This document shows, in pieces, positions 63,525 to 64,000 of a DNA stretch of 64,000 nt. Under the pieces are notes generated by a model. It searched no databases and was not told the origin of the DNA. It was given only the letters and a program-made list of their open reading frames with translations. The translations under genes and the position numbers were made by a program. The stretch is from Escherichia coli (GTDB taxonomy: Bacteria; Pseudomonadota; Gammaproteobacteria; Enterobacterales; Enterobacteriaceae). Position 1 is the stretch's first letter. Every line of letters starts with the position of its first letter. The stretch is taken from NCBI RefSeq assembly GCF_041248615.1, contig NZ_CP158425.1. The stretch is one strand, 5' to 3'.

Positions 63525-64000
63525 ATCTTCCTCCTGTTTACTACATGATACATGAACCTCAAATTTGCCAAATAGGGCTGATACATCTAAAAGGTAAACT
63601 CAAAAAATTTGCTTAATAAAATTAAAATAAAAACTGTCTTGAATAAAACAATGATAGTAGACCCTCGTTCATTTCCGTTTGCGATCTGTAGATATTGTTA
63701 AAGGAGCGCTATTCCTTGTTTTATATGGACTTATCATTGTTTTCAACAGGATAGATCAATTCTTTAGATCACTAAAGATCAATAGAGTTCAAGTAAAGAT
63801 CACGGCATCTTTAACTCATTGATTATAGTGACTTTATGAAAGGATCCGGCATTCGGATGCATGCGAAAAGCATTTGAATGAATAAGGAAGGCATTTACTG
63901 GAATGCTTATGGCATTTAGGTTAATGCGTAAAAAGCATTTGCAAGAATATGTTATAAACAGTTTGCCAAATGAAAATCTTATCACCGACGAGTTAAGTTA

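Overview
This window reads as a plasmid-like accessory region from an enterobacterial replicon; most products have no assignable function. Family calls rest on motifs read by eye, not database searches. Main content: (1) a P1/RepFIB-family repA (48188-49276, minus strand) with two sets of five 21-22-bp-spaced direct iterons upstream and an unusual ~1.8-kb array of ~81-bp-periodic palindromic iteron pairs downstream; (2) two diverged IS629-like IS3-family copies in direct orientation (18125-19434 and 55914-57223), each apparently interrupting a gene; (3) three ParB-N-domain paralogs without ParA, five methyltransferases (one Dam-like), a 794-aa PP-loop/PAPS-reductase-like protein, an HNH nuclease, a HigB-like toxin with atypical neighbours, and a translationally coupled operon ending in an S49 peptidase and a NERD-domain protein; (4) three paralogous ~800-aa secreted proteins around the replicon. 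Two recurring intergenic motifs, the palindrome AAAAGT(A/T)ACTTTT and a promoter box GGTTATTAGC followed by TATAAT, suggest one co-regulated, mostly minus-strand, leading-region-like anti-restriction/defence island.
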